Below are positions 55,601 through 62,913 of a stretch of DNA of 64,000 nucleotides, piece after piece; position 1 is the stretch's first letter, and each line of letters opens with the position of its first letter. Origin of the DNA: Phoronis australis (Eukaryota > Animalia > Phoronida); contig NMRA01000900.1 in the NCBI GenBank assembly GCA_002633005.1, forward strand, positions 41,785-105,784, in the 5' to 3' direction. The notes under the pieces were generated by a model that worked only from the letters and a program-made list of their open reading frames with translations, was not told the origin of the DNA and did no database searches. Both the position numbers and the translations under genes were made by a program.

Positions 55601-58600
55601 GAAATGAGAACTTGTGAGAATAACGAAATTGCTATTGTGTTCATGTCGCTACCTGTTTTTCTTATCATGGCTAAAGCCAAAGGTGAATTTTGTTACTTTG
55701 CAATTGGACTGGATGTGAAAATTTGCGATGGTTTCCATCATTGAGCGCAGTCATTAACTGAAATACGAGGAAAGTTCATTTAAGATTCCCAGATTTGTTG
55801 AGGTTTCCTCACAACGACAATGTTAAGGAACTGCATCTTTCGTTACTTCAATGTTTAACAAAACGGCGCTTTTCACAGTAAGCTAATGACTGCCAAATCG
55901 TGCATCGGAAAGTATTGTAACGTACATTTTAGTGGCTTTCACTTTCTAAAAATCCACTGGCTTTATTAAAGGATATTAACGCATATATCGGTGATTTCTG
56001 TCCATCCCCAATCTCTCCTGTGACGTACACGTGCAGTATTCAACAGAATACAACGTGCTGTCTATGCCATGAGTTTGTCGTTGGTATGACCTCTGGCTGT
56101 TATGAAGTTTCTGGTGTGAGTTAAGTGTTATGGTTTCAGGTGCCACCGTTGACTAGTCGTACCTGCCGACATATATTTGTAGCTTACCCAAAGCAAAACG
56201 TGTACGGTGTCTCGACGTGGCAACTTACACTGGTTGTCATTGTCTATAGAATGTGTCGAGGTGTCGCCATTCTGTCGTAGAAACTTCATCAGATAATCCA
56301 CTGCTGGAATGTGAACTTGTGAGAAGTTCATTTGATAGTTCCCATGAAAACATTTGCTGCAAATATTAACTCTGAAGAATAACGTTACTTTAAAGGGTTA
56401 ATGTTAAAAGAGTTGACTAGAATCGTTTAAACAGCTTTGACGGGAGATATTTCGCCTCACGCATTAACTTGGGATCAAATATCAATCATCAGCAACAGAG
56501 GAATGTAGCTTACCTGCCTATAGACATTTGTCATTTCAACGAAGATTTTTATGAAATGGGGGAAGCAATTTCAGTTGTGGAAACTTGATCTGGGGAGTTG
56601 TTGGAGGTCCCTAATTAAATTGTGTTCATGAGATGTCCTATGCGTATTTACCGATTTTTCTCAGTTGAAAAATAACTGTTATTACGAGACATGCAATCAC
56701 AGCGGTGGCTATTGCGCCGCTTGTGGACGGTAACTTGTTCGTGTGAAGGGTAGAAGAAAACGTCTTACCCGGCCACAAATGCTTGTTAGCTGCAGTACTC
56801 CTTCCAAGGATTTCAAACGTAGTGGTCTGAAGCTATCCGCTTGGACACTTGTGTACTTTGGGGAATCACTGGGCTCTGGTTTGGGGAGTACATGTAGAAG
56901 GGAAGTGGCGTGGCCAGGATTGCCTTACCTGGGACATTATTAATTGTCCAGACAGTGGTTTACTCAGGGCGACCAGTCGAGTGGAAGCAGTGGTGACTAT
57001 GGATATTGTCTGTGAATACTTACCTTCATTGCAAACCATCAACATGTGCATGTATCAGCAGTGGAAGACCGTGCCCTTAGCCCCTCGCGCAAGCTGAGCC
57101 CTGACTGCACAAGTGCGATCACTGACCTGAATGGCATTGCCTGTAGTTTTTTTATTTCACAAAATCGATCTCATGGACTGTGGGGGTTTTCTTTCCAATG
57201 GACACTAACTTGGCTTAAGCTATTGTCACCCTTCTCTGCTCAACAAATGATGTAAGGACGTTTTCCTTAAGCGTTTGGGGGTTCACGAGTGTCACAGAAA
57301 ATTATATAAAATATAGTATTTTGAAAATAGGTGGTTAAATTTGTTGCTCATATCTATTAACATTACAAAATCAGTGTAGCGTTTCGTCGACAAAAGAATT
57401 TCGCTAAGTAAGCCTCTGTTATCACGTGCTTCGCCGCTACTACATGGCAGTATTTCGGGAAGTCGTGCGTACTCTGTTTTAGTGTAAGTACGAAATCGGT
57501 GGTTTTATAGCATTATTTTTGCTTTATATTCTGCCCTTGGTCATGACATGAAAATATTTTCCTGTTATGTTTTGAAGCTTTTGCCGGTCTCAATATGGAG
57601 GAATTGACCAACCAACACTGGGAAACCTGTTTGCCGTTGTGTCTGCATTCAATAGAATTTGTCGAAAAATATGGAGACTTATTAACTTCATGTTTTGATG
57701 TCATGGCCCAGGAGAACGGAACTTGCGATGCTGAACTACTTTTGCAGATATCAAAGGGTTTGCTTCCAGTAAGGGTGTCATATTTTTTTTTTGTTCACTT
57801 ATGCCTCTAGTGCACCTTCGGGGTGGCCTTTAAAAAGTCATTTTTCAATCGCAAAAGTAACTGACATTATAATGTACTGAATACCCTTGATTTTTGAACA
57901 CATTGTATTCGTTTTACAGTTTTTGATTTGGGTGAAGTTGTTGTGTTCTGTGTAGGTATGGGTTTCTCTTGCGACTTCGAAGGCGAATTGTGTGGCGATT
58001 TCCTTGCCCAGTCGACTAATGACGAGAGGGACTGGGCATTTCTGTCTTGCGTGAGTAATCTAATTATTGACAGGATGGATACACCGAATGAAGATGGGGT
58101 CCCCCTAAGTAGAAAAATGTCCCCGATAAGGAAAATTGTTTATGTTGAATCACTGTTTACGCTTTTTCCACACTCACTGTAAGTAATTTAGTGTAGGAAC
58201 TATACATAAGCTCTCAAGGATAGAATAAAATTTGTCGCAGTCATCTTCACAGTACATGCGTGTTTTCATGTGTCTTACCTTCCACCCAAACCTATGACAG
58301 CCGGTATCTTTCGAAAAGAATACTCAACTCAGCTCTGGTGATTTCAACCAATTGTCTGCTAATGCGCCATTGGCGGTAATCTTGAACGATGTGTCAGAAA
58401 TTGGATATTGTGGTTCTCGGTGTGCGGTTTTACCCCCCAGTTGTCGTGTAATTCGCTAAGTGAGTAATTCTCAGCTTGTTCGTTTCAAAATGTACCCGCC
58501 AAACTTCTGGGCGTTGTTGGTTTGTTAAACACCAGCATTTGGATTAATAGACTTGGATATCTAAGTCGTGTCAATATCTTTTGAAAGGCCAAAACTGGGT

Positions 58601-60993
58601 TTGGTACTTTTAGGTAGTCTTGTCATTTCGTTACTATCGATACCTTTCACTTCTGTCATTTCTAGTTTAAGTTGTGTTCGAGAGTATAAAATACATGTAC
58701 ATGGGCGTATCCAGGATTTTGAGATAGGGGAGACAGGGCTGAGTGTTACATGTAGCTAGGATTTTGTCCGTCAGACATTCGCACCACCGTACTGTTAAAT
58801 GGAATCTAGGAAAAGTTTTAGGGGGGTCATAGCCCCCTTGCCCCCCATTCAAATAAATTGGTTTCTGATGTGGTCACCAAGTCAGTTACATGGCTTCTAA
58901 TTCTGCATCAGTTTTCATGCCCAGACAATACTACATACCAGACAATATTACATACCAGACAATACTACATACCAGACAATACTACATACCAGACAATACT
59001 ACATACCAGACAATCCTACATACCAAGACAATACTACATACCAGACAGTACTACATACCAGAAACGTTTTGTCAAGCATACCTTCCCACGTTAACGTTTC
59101 ACCAGCAATAAGATATACATGTAGACATTAGATAATTTAATTTTACCTTGTAGCGTTGCGTTTTTATGTAAACTGTGCAGCTTCGGAACAGGCGGGAAAT
59201 GCATCGGCGTCTAATTATAGTTAAAAGATGCCACACGTTACGCAAAAATGAAATCCTCGTGTTGATTTACAGGAAACCTGCGTGACTGCCATTAGTTTCC
59301 TGCTCATTTGCGTTTGTTCCCTCTGAGCTGTGGCTTGTGTTGGGAACATCAGTCTATGGTTCCCTTTAAGCTTAGAAAAATGATGTCTAGTTGCTTCTAC
59401 GCGTCAAATTGTTCAAGACTTTGCGCCGGTAGATCAGTTGTAACATGGCGATTTTATTGTAGACGCGTGTTATACATTAAGCTTCTCAAGGCCAATCGTT
59501 TTTTTTTGTTTTTCAGTCGCCCACGCCAACTCCAAACACTGGTCCTGATTATCCGTCCAGTGGTGATTCTTTTCTATACTTTGAATCCTCCACACCTGCC
59601 ACGGGTCGAGACTCGGCGGTTCTGGAGACGACGGAGCCATTTGCAGGTATTTCCACTTAACCAAATATCCTGCAATTAGAACGTCAAATGTCTGAATGTT
59701 TTGAAAATATCTAGAAAAGTTTTATTGAATTACTTATATATTTGATGAGACACGAGGCAAATAGCATTACTTTAAAATCGAACACACCGGAAAACCCTTG
59801 TATACATGTATGTACAGTCTAGGCGGCAAAGACTTTGTTGTTAAAACATTTTGCAAGATGCGTGTTGCATTGCCTTTTCAATTGGCAGGTACTGTTAAAA
59901 CGACTTTGTTTTTGTGTGTAAGTAACTTTGCCTTTGGCACTTGTCAAAAAGTTGCTTCCAATTGCCACGCCAATTGGCGGAATATGACTGAATCTAACAC
60001 GGATTAGACTCGTGTACATAGTAGATGGTCTATCATTCCCAGGGTGGTCACCGATAATACAGTAATGTGAGTTGCATGTGAACGTAAAACTTTGTGCCTG
60101 CGTATAGCAAATGGCGAAGGATAATGGTGCCGATTGACATCATGCGTTCACCCATTTGTTTAAGTGGGATTGGGTACCGACTGTTTCCGTGTATGCACTT
60201 TCAGTGCTCTTCGACATGTGCCTTCGCTTCTCCCTCAGTATGATAGGCAGCACAATGGGTTCGTTTACTGTCCTCGCCGATAGCACTGTACTGTTGAGGA
60301 GAGAGGAAAACCTCGCCAACAAAAAGGACTGGACAACAGAGGTCGTCACTGTGCCAAAAGGAACCAATAAAGTAACACCGAGCTTTTTACTAAGTGCAGA
60401 CTCAAATGTTTTTATTCTGCAATAAGAACTTAGAAGCACTGTGTCGATTTTACCCTGAGAACTTTCTAAAAAGTCCTGCTTCAACGTTAGTAACATTTTT
60501 ATCAGAGCAGTCGACGTAGTGCTTGTTTTAAACTTGATTAAATTTTCGCTCAAAGGTTGCATTTTGGTTTAAAAATATCAATTTTGGGTTAGATTTATAG
60601 CTGTTTCAATTGATGCGTTTGTAACAGTTACGCAGTCCTGGCCTCCTCTGGTTCCCATTTAAACACGTCCAAAACGAGGCTCTGCTGTTTTTGTGGGTGC
60701 ACGGATATTTTCTTTGGAAAGGTGGGCAAGTCAACTTCCGCTCTTAGGTTTGAACTACTGTAAGAAAACCTCTAAGATTTTGCCCTACATGTACATTATG
60801 AACCCAGTAACTCGCTTCGTTTTTGTAGTTCCAGATATCCACAATACGTAACAGACGTAATATTTGCTTAGTACTATTTAAAATGTATTTCACGTTTTCT
60901 TTTAGCTTTACTTTGTTGCCACCAGAGGCGCTGGCTACCGGAGTGACATAGCCATAGACAATATTGTTATCAAAGGACAAGCTTGCATCCCAG
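4538..60993 (+). CDS. Spliced gene (33 exons, ~4606 nt CDS so far): secreted multidomain astacin metalloprotease (astacin-EGF-CUB-EGF-MAM-CCP2-cbEGF5-CCP-cbEGF3-CCP-unknown-MAM); 3' end uncertain
   Basis: All exons are bounded by AG/GT with compatible phases and no in-frame stops. Zinc motif HExxHxxGxxHE, Met-turn SIMHY, and recognisable EGF, CUB, MAM and sushi consensus sequences. Confidence 0.9.
5115..5180 (+). CDS. Exon 2: propeptide
   Basis: ttttag acceptor, [22 protein letters not shown], donor gtaagc; 66 nt, phase 0-0. Confidence 0.7.
6539..6678. mobile_element. Small MITE-like inverted-repeat element
   Basis: cgttcagtaacgctaagac... pairs with ...gtcctagcgttactgaacg. Confidence 0.5.
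7878..8191 (+). repeat. Dispersed repeat, copy 1 (copy 2 at 40071-40381)
   Basis: Shared attcagtcattccc.ttggtt..atctcgggaa start and tttcagt.taggtggcgctgtgtca end. Confidence 0.7.
8590..8754. mobile_element. hAT-like MITE with internal 10-bp repeat (gcgcctacgt x3)
   Basis: Terminal inverted repeats tagtgctgtagtgg / ccactaccgcactg. Confidence 0.5.
12010..12273 (+). CDS. Exon 3: charged, low-complexity propeptide
   Basis: tttatag acceptor, [17 protein letters not shown]...SLIAQ, donor gtaagc; 264 nt, phase 0-0. Confidence 0.75.
12935..13364. mobile_element. MITE with ~50-bp imperfect TIRs (Harbinger-like GGCC end)
   Basis: gtccggttacatgaaacagtcccaaatagggactcaactaag versus cttagttgagtccttatttgagacggtttcatgcacccggcc. 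Confidence 0.7.
13474..13576 (+). CDS. Exon 4: furin site and start of mature astacin domain
   Basis: [29 protein letters not shown]; phase 0-1. Confidence 0.85.
14960..15092 (+). CDS. Exon 5: astacin domain
   Basis: [16 protein letters not shown] (astacin TCxxF motif)...YILFK; phase 1-2. Confidence 0.9.
15432..15680. repeat. (AAT)n then (GGT/GAT)n microsatellite spanning a 63-N assembly gap (15535-15597)
   Basis: Direct reading of the trinucleotide runs and the N run. Confidence 0.95.
16461..16539 (+). CDS. Exon 6: astacin domain
   Basis: [27 protein letters not shown], matching the CxSxVG...GC segment; phase 2-0. Confidence 0.9.
17417..17611 (+). CDS. Exon 7: astacin zinc-binding site and Met-turn
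   Basis: [25 protein letters not shown]...[13 protein letters not shown]; phase 0-0. Confidence 0.98.
17988..18117 (+). CDS. Exon 8: astacin C-terminus
   Basis: [21 protein letters not shown] consensus; phase 0-1. Confidence 0.95.
19263..19382 (+). CDS. Exon 9: EGF-like domain
   Basis: [10 protein letters not shown]...[14 protein letters not shown]; phase 1-1. Confidence 0.92.
19861..20195 (+). repeat. Diverged direct duplication (~100-bp cores at 19861 and 20090)
   Basis: Shared tccgagaca...agc.gcttcacgctgt...tccagt..taggaat. Confidence 0.55.
20891..20994 (+). CDS. Exon 10: CUB-like domain, N-terminal half
   Basis: DCGGIHTF...RKCVYLLK; phase 1-0. Confidence 0.88.
21001..21303 (+). mobile_element. 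hAT5-like MITE with 5-bp TSD TATGC
   Basis: cacggggcggatccagga...aaatccaacactg flanked by tatgc (20996-21000, 21304-21308); homologous to 38784-39090. Confidence 0.75.
21571..21724 (-). mobile_element. Short copy of the same MITE family, 5-bp TSD CCAGC
   Basis: ctgtggtggattt...cctggatccatcccctg flanked by ccagc on both sides. Confidence 0.7.
22320..22590 (+). CDS. Exon 11: CUB-like domain, C-terminal part (no cysteines)
   Basis: [16 protein letters not shown]...TVEIRHN...NLMMLIY...AKFVA; phase 0-1. Confidence 0.85.
23304..23420 (+). CDS. Exon 12: EGF domain
   Basis: [39 protein letters not shown]; phase 1-1. Confidence 0.93.
   Translation, partial: TSAYPIHVLVAPPVYQTLSTTILLAFAHATTTEGSAQS
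24492..24644. repeat. Minisatellite, 21-bp unit (ccatgtaataatctatatata), ~7 copies
   Basis: Direct tandem repeat; produces the spurious LLHGIYR ORF. Confidence 0.95.
24649..24814. mobile_element. MITE-like element with imperfect TIRs
   Basis: agtccgtttcaagaaa...gtttgactt versus aagtcaaac...tttcttggaatagatc. Confidence 0.45.
26718..26812 (+). CDS. Exon 13: MAM domain 1, part 1
   Basis: [28 protein letters not shown]; 95 nt, phase 1-0. Confidence 0.88.
27161..27287 (+). CDS. Exon 14: MAM domain 1, part 2
   Basis: [10 protein letters not shown]...[20 protein letters not shown]; phase 0-1. Confidence 0.92.
28050..28176 (-). mobile_element. Partial copy of the hAT5-like MITE
   Basis: Homology to 43035-43176 (gcgaatgtctgac.agcaaaatcc; aaat.ctgg.tccgc). 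Confidence 0.55.
28732..30810. mobile_element. Non-autonomous Mutator/MULE-like element with 9-bp TSD and a nested insert
   Basis: TIRs ggattgtgctaaaaaccc / gggtgttttagaacaatcc; flanks ctacccagc (28723-28731) and ctacccacc (30811-30819). Confidence 0.75.
28981..30214 (+). mobile_element. Helentron/HINE-like non-autonomous element with ~430-bp internal repeats
   Basis: 5' gacctgcgc and (CTT)-rich microsatellite. Repeat starts at ~29172, 29610 and 30032 (tgcaccgga...ggtca). 3' palindrome gtcacgcgtgac followed by CTAG. Confidence 0.6.
30900..31096 (+). CDS. Exon 15: MAM domain 1, part 3
   Basis: [12 protein letters not shown]...LRVV...[13 protein letters not shown]; phase 1-0. Confidence 0.92.
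32203..32460. mobile_element. MITE with 5-bp TSD TCTAA
   Basis: TIRs tatgcgcgcaccca / tggctgcgtgcgtg flanked by tctaa (32198-32202, 32461-32465). Confidence 0.65.
33109..33202 (+). CDS. Exon 16: MAM domain 1, end
   Basis: [27 protein letters not shown]; phase 0-1. Confidence 0.92.
34251..34436 (+). CDS. Exon 17: CCP/sushi domain 1
   Basis: CADP...[11 protein letters not shown]...[15 protein letters not shown]; phase 1-1. Confidence 0.95.
35077..35253 (+). CDS. Exon 18: CCP/sushi domain 2
   Basis: [10 protein letters not shown]...VTLGCNTGY...CQIGGTWS...C; phase 1-1. Confidence 0.95.
35490..35606 (+). CDS. Exon 19: calcium-binding EGF 1
   Basis: [39 protein letters not shown]. Confidence 0.95.
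35693..36058. repeat. Minisatellite, ~16-bp unit (gtg[g/c]ta[c/t]attgactgt)
   Basis: About 20 degenerate tandem copies filling most of intron 19. Confidence 0.9.
36080..36205 (+). CDS. Exon 20: calcium-binding EGF 2
   Basis: [42 protein letters not shown]. Confidence 0.95.
37128..37244 (+). CDS. Exon 21: calcium-binding EGF 3 (paralog of exon 19)
   Basis: [39 protein letters not shown]. Confidence 0.95.
37975..38097 (+). CDS. Exon 22: calcium-binding EGF 4
   Basis: [41 protein letters not shown]. Confidence 0.95.
38784..39090 (+). mobile_element. hAT5-like MITE, long form
   Basis: Colinear with 21001-21303; CAG...CTG ends; TSD not preserved. Confidence 0.7.
39149..39404 (+). mobile_element. 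Possible short non-autonomous Helitron
   Basis: A|TC start, degenerate hairpin cgaaccgctca...tgggcattcg, then CTAG|T. Confidence 0.35.
40071..40381 (+). repeat. Dispersed repeat, copy 2 (see 7878-8191)
   Basis: Colinear similarity at both ends. Confidence 0.7.
40969..42421. mobile_element. Non-autonomous Tc1/mariner-superfamily (pogo-like) element with TA TSD
   Basis: TA|ccttattcgccgtaataaccgccca ... tgggcggtttattacggcgaatacgg|TA; subterminal taagcgcc repeats; no transposase ORF seen. Confidence 0.8.
43035..43176 (-). mobile_element. hAT5-like MITE, short form
   Basis: cggtggcggattt...cctggatccgctcccg; flanks atgca / ataca (4/5 match). Confidence 0.7.
44167..44289 (+). CDS. Exon 23: calcium-binding EGF 5
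   Basis: [41 protein letters not shown]. Confidence 0.95.
44959..45141 (+). CDS. Exon 24: CCP/sushi domain 3
   Basis: [11 protein letters not shown]...[15 protein letters not shown]...CQDDGTWS...C; phase 1-1. Confidence 0.95.
45765..45887 (+). CDS. Exon 25: calcium-binding EGF 6
   Basis: [41 protein letters not shown]. Confidence 0.95.
46201..46300. repeat. Degenerate (TACA)n microsatellite
   Basis: acatacatac runs. Confidence 0.85.
47133..47255 (+). CDS. Exon 26: calcium-binding EGF 7
   Basis: [41 protein letters not shown]. Confidence 0.95.
47873..47995 (+). CDS. Exon 27: calcium-binding EGF 8
   Basis: [41 protein letters not shown]. Confidence 0.95.
48410..48525 (-). repeat. 3' LTR of the Gypsy element
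   Basis: About 10 substitutions and 1 indel versus 54079-54195; PPT (ctttcctctcttct, 48532-48545) nearby. Confidence 0.85.
48760..53941 (-). pseudogene. Gypsy gag-pol, frameshifted
   Basis: gag [18 protein letters not shown]; Zn knuckle CILC-x9-H-x4-C; protease LDTGA; [11 protein letters not shown] and KIADDL; RNase H VVSDSS; integrase H-x4-H...CHIC and VRVDAAPGF; multiple stops and frameshifts. Confidence 0.9.
52837..53225. mobile_element. PIF/Harbinger-like MITE nested in gag
   Basis: ~35-bp imperfect TIRs with actcgaaa/tttcgagt repeats; AT-rich; 3-bp flanks CCG/CTG; removal restores the gag frame. Confidence 0.8.
54079..54194 (-). repeat. 5' LTR of the Gypsy element
   Basis: Direct repeat of 48410-48525; followed on the minus strand by PBS-like tggaagctgc. 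Confidence 0.85.
55219..55401 (+). CDS. Exon 28: CCP/sushi domain 4
   Basis: [12 protein letters not shown]...[11 protein letters not shown]...[14 protein letters not shown]; phase 1-1. Confidence 0.95.
57578..57757 (+). CDS. Exon 29: unrecognised 60-aa four-cysteine module
   Basis: Open 180-nt phase 1-1 segment with acceptor ttttgaag and donor gtttgc; not a recognisable domain. Confidence 0.6.
57956..58050 (+). CDS. Exon 30: MAM domain 2, part 1
   Basis: [30 protein letters not shown]; 95 nt, phase 1-0 like exon 13. Confidence 0.9.
58700..58852 (+). mobile_element. hAT5-like MITE, short form, 3' truncated
   Basis: catgggcgtatccaggatttt...ggattttgtccgtcagacattcgc...ttttaggggggtc. Confidence 0.65.
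58921..59062. repeat. Minisatellite, 17-bp unit ccagacaatactacata, ~8 copies
   Basis: Direct tandem repeat. Confidence 0.95.
59517..59646 (+). CDS. Exon 31: MAM domain 2, part 2
   Basis: [38 protein letters not shown]; phase 0-1. Confidence 0.92.
60205..60371 (+). CDS. Exon 32: MAM domain 2, part 3
   Basis: [20 protein letters not shown]...DWTTEVV; phase 1-0. Confidence 0.9.
60906..60993 (+). CDS. Exon 33: MAM domain 2, end (may instead read on to a stop at 61029-61031)
   Basis: [27 protein letters not shown]; possible donor gtgtgg at 60994. Confidence 0.88.
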
Positions 60994-61399
60994 GTGTGGA
61001 AGGCCCGCATAGTATACGCTTATCATCTTGNGCATGTGGAGAATGCCGTGGTTTTAGCTGCAGCAATTCATTCTGAGTTGACAGAGATTAGTTGTGTAAA
61101 TACTGGTTGATTGTGTATAGATTCACTAGCATTTAGAACTAACTGGAAGTGACACAGACAGTGTGGATAATAGATCACTGAATTAGTACAGCATATTTTT
61201 TCAGTAGTACAATGATCCTTCAGTTCAGGCAAACCTGATGTTTTTGACCCAAATACCTTATTCGTTAAACCATCTTGAAAATGGTAGTCGTAATCCTCAA
61301 GAGCCAGACAAAAAATATTGTAATGGATGTGCTGACTTATAAAACTCAGGATATGGCGTGTCTCTGGAATCTGGAGTTCTTACAGGAAGCATCTATTTG

Positions 61400-62167
61400 G
61401 TGGCCACCTTAGAAAATAGTGGAAGTAATCATTAGAGCCAAATGCAATGAGTCTAAATGGATTAGTCGACCCAGAAAACCTTTGATACTTGAAGCAAGAC
61501 GACACACTAATCTGTTTGTGCGAAGTTGTGCGATTCGAAATAGTTTTGAAGGCCATCTTGGAAAATGGCTGATGGTGTCACCACGGCCATGCAAAACTTT
61601 TCCAATGGATTTGTTGACTCACAAAAGATAGGAAAACATTTTTGAATTTTTACTCTATCACATTCCACTCTCGAGTTATAATGATCCTCTGCAAATCTGG
61701 CGGCCATTTTATCCGCCATATTGGAAATGGTGGAAGTAATAATTAGTGCCAAATGCAATGAGTCTCAATGGATTAGTCGACCCAGAAAACCTATGATGCG
61801 ATGTTTGAAGCAAGACGACACACTAATCTGTTCGTGTGAAGTTTTTGCGACTCAAGTAGATTTGGCGGCCATCTTGGAAAATGGCGGACGGTGTCACCAC
61901 AGCCATGTAAAACCATTTCCAATGGATTTTTGACCCACAAAACATAGGTAAACCTTTTTGAATTTTTACTCTACCACATTCCACTCTTGAGTTAAAGTGC
62001 GCATCAGAAAATCTGGCGGCCATTTTGTCCGCCATCTTTAAAAACCAACTTCCGCCACTCCGATTCTGGTAGACTTTTTTCCCACTAATGGGTGTGAAAG
62101 GATACGATTTATGCAATAAAACCTTCTGTTGCAATTTTTCCGGGTTATCCGTAGAATGACTGGACTA
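61400..62167. mobile_element. DNA-transposon end with two ~310-bp internal repeats (tentatively Academ-like)
   Basis: Units start at ~61402 and ~61713; recurrent ggcggccatcttg/aaaatggc motifs; ends in gactggacta. The superfamily call is from recollection of terminal motifs only. Confidence 0.5.
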
Positions 62168-62913
62168 TAGTGGAAGATATAATATATAGGCGTATCACTA
62201 GTCTAAGATAGTGATTATACGTTTAAACAAACTGGCGACAAGATCAACAAACTCCGGAGAATCTTTTGGACATCTTCCAACAGCTGTAATCGGACGCCTG
62301 GTTGAACTTGTGGTATTTCAGGAGTTGGGGAGGATCACCTACCACGTTGATACTGAGTAAACCATCGTCCGGCTTCTGCAGTGCACATTATGCAAAGAAA
62401 CGTCCACGAAATGCTTTGGTTTTCTGGTCAACGGACCAGCGTCAGAAAATACAAACAAGAAATTGCTGCTGTCTTTCATAGCAATAAAATAGCATCTGAT
62501 TTCGTATTCCCTTGGATTAATGTCATTAGAACTGACACAGAACAGTCTGAAATATTTGGTGATAATTTCAGAAAGGTGGTGAACAAGATAGTTGTCGTCA
62601 GATTCTTGACCAGTGACATACATATTACGCCCCCCCCAGGTCTCTGGAAGTATTCTCTGTTTTCATCAGATTCTTGGCCAGTGAGATAAATGTCATACGC
62701 GTCAGGTCTTAGAATAACTTCCACCTCAAACACAGCCTTATAAGCTCTCTGAAAGTATCCCTTAGCTATGCTTTCCTTCCCTTTTTCAGATTTCGCTCAG
62801 CAACCATCACCGCAGCGTCGATCAGAATCTGTTTGTTCTTAAGGACACACTCTATGAGAACAGTAGGCAACAACATCATTAGCAGGTTTACGACTTCCTG
62901 GTATTCTCCTTTA

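Noticed and set aside
56743-57255. Cluster of short ORFs in intron 28 as extra exons or a nested gene
   Set aside because: No domain signal and no consistent splice pair found
57920-57955. Upstream acceptor for exon 30, and the gtaagg donor at 57769 for exon 29
   Set aside because: 57956 gives a 95-nt exon matching MAM1 exon 13; the 57769 donor is phase 0 and incompatible with exon 30
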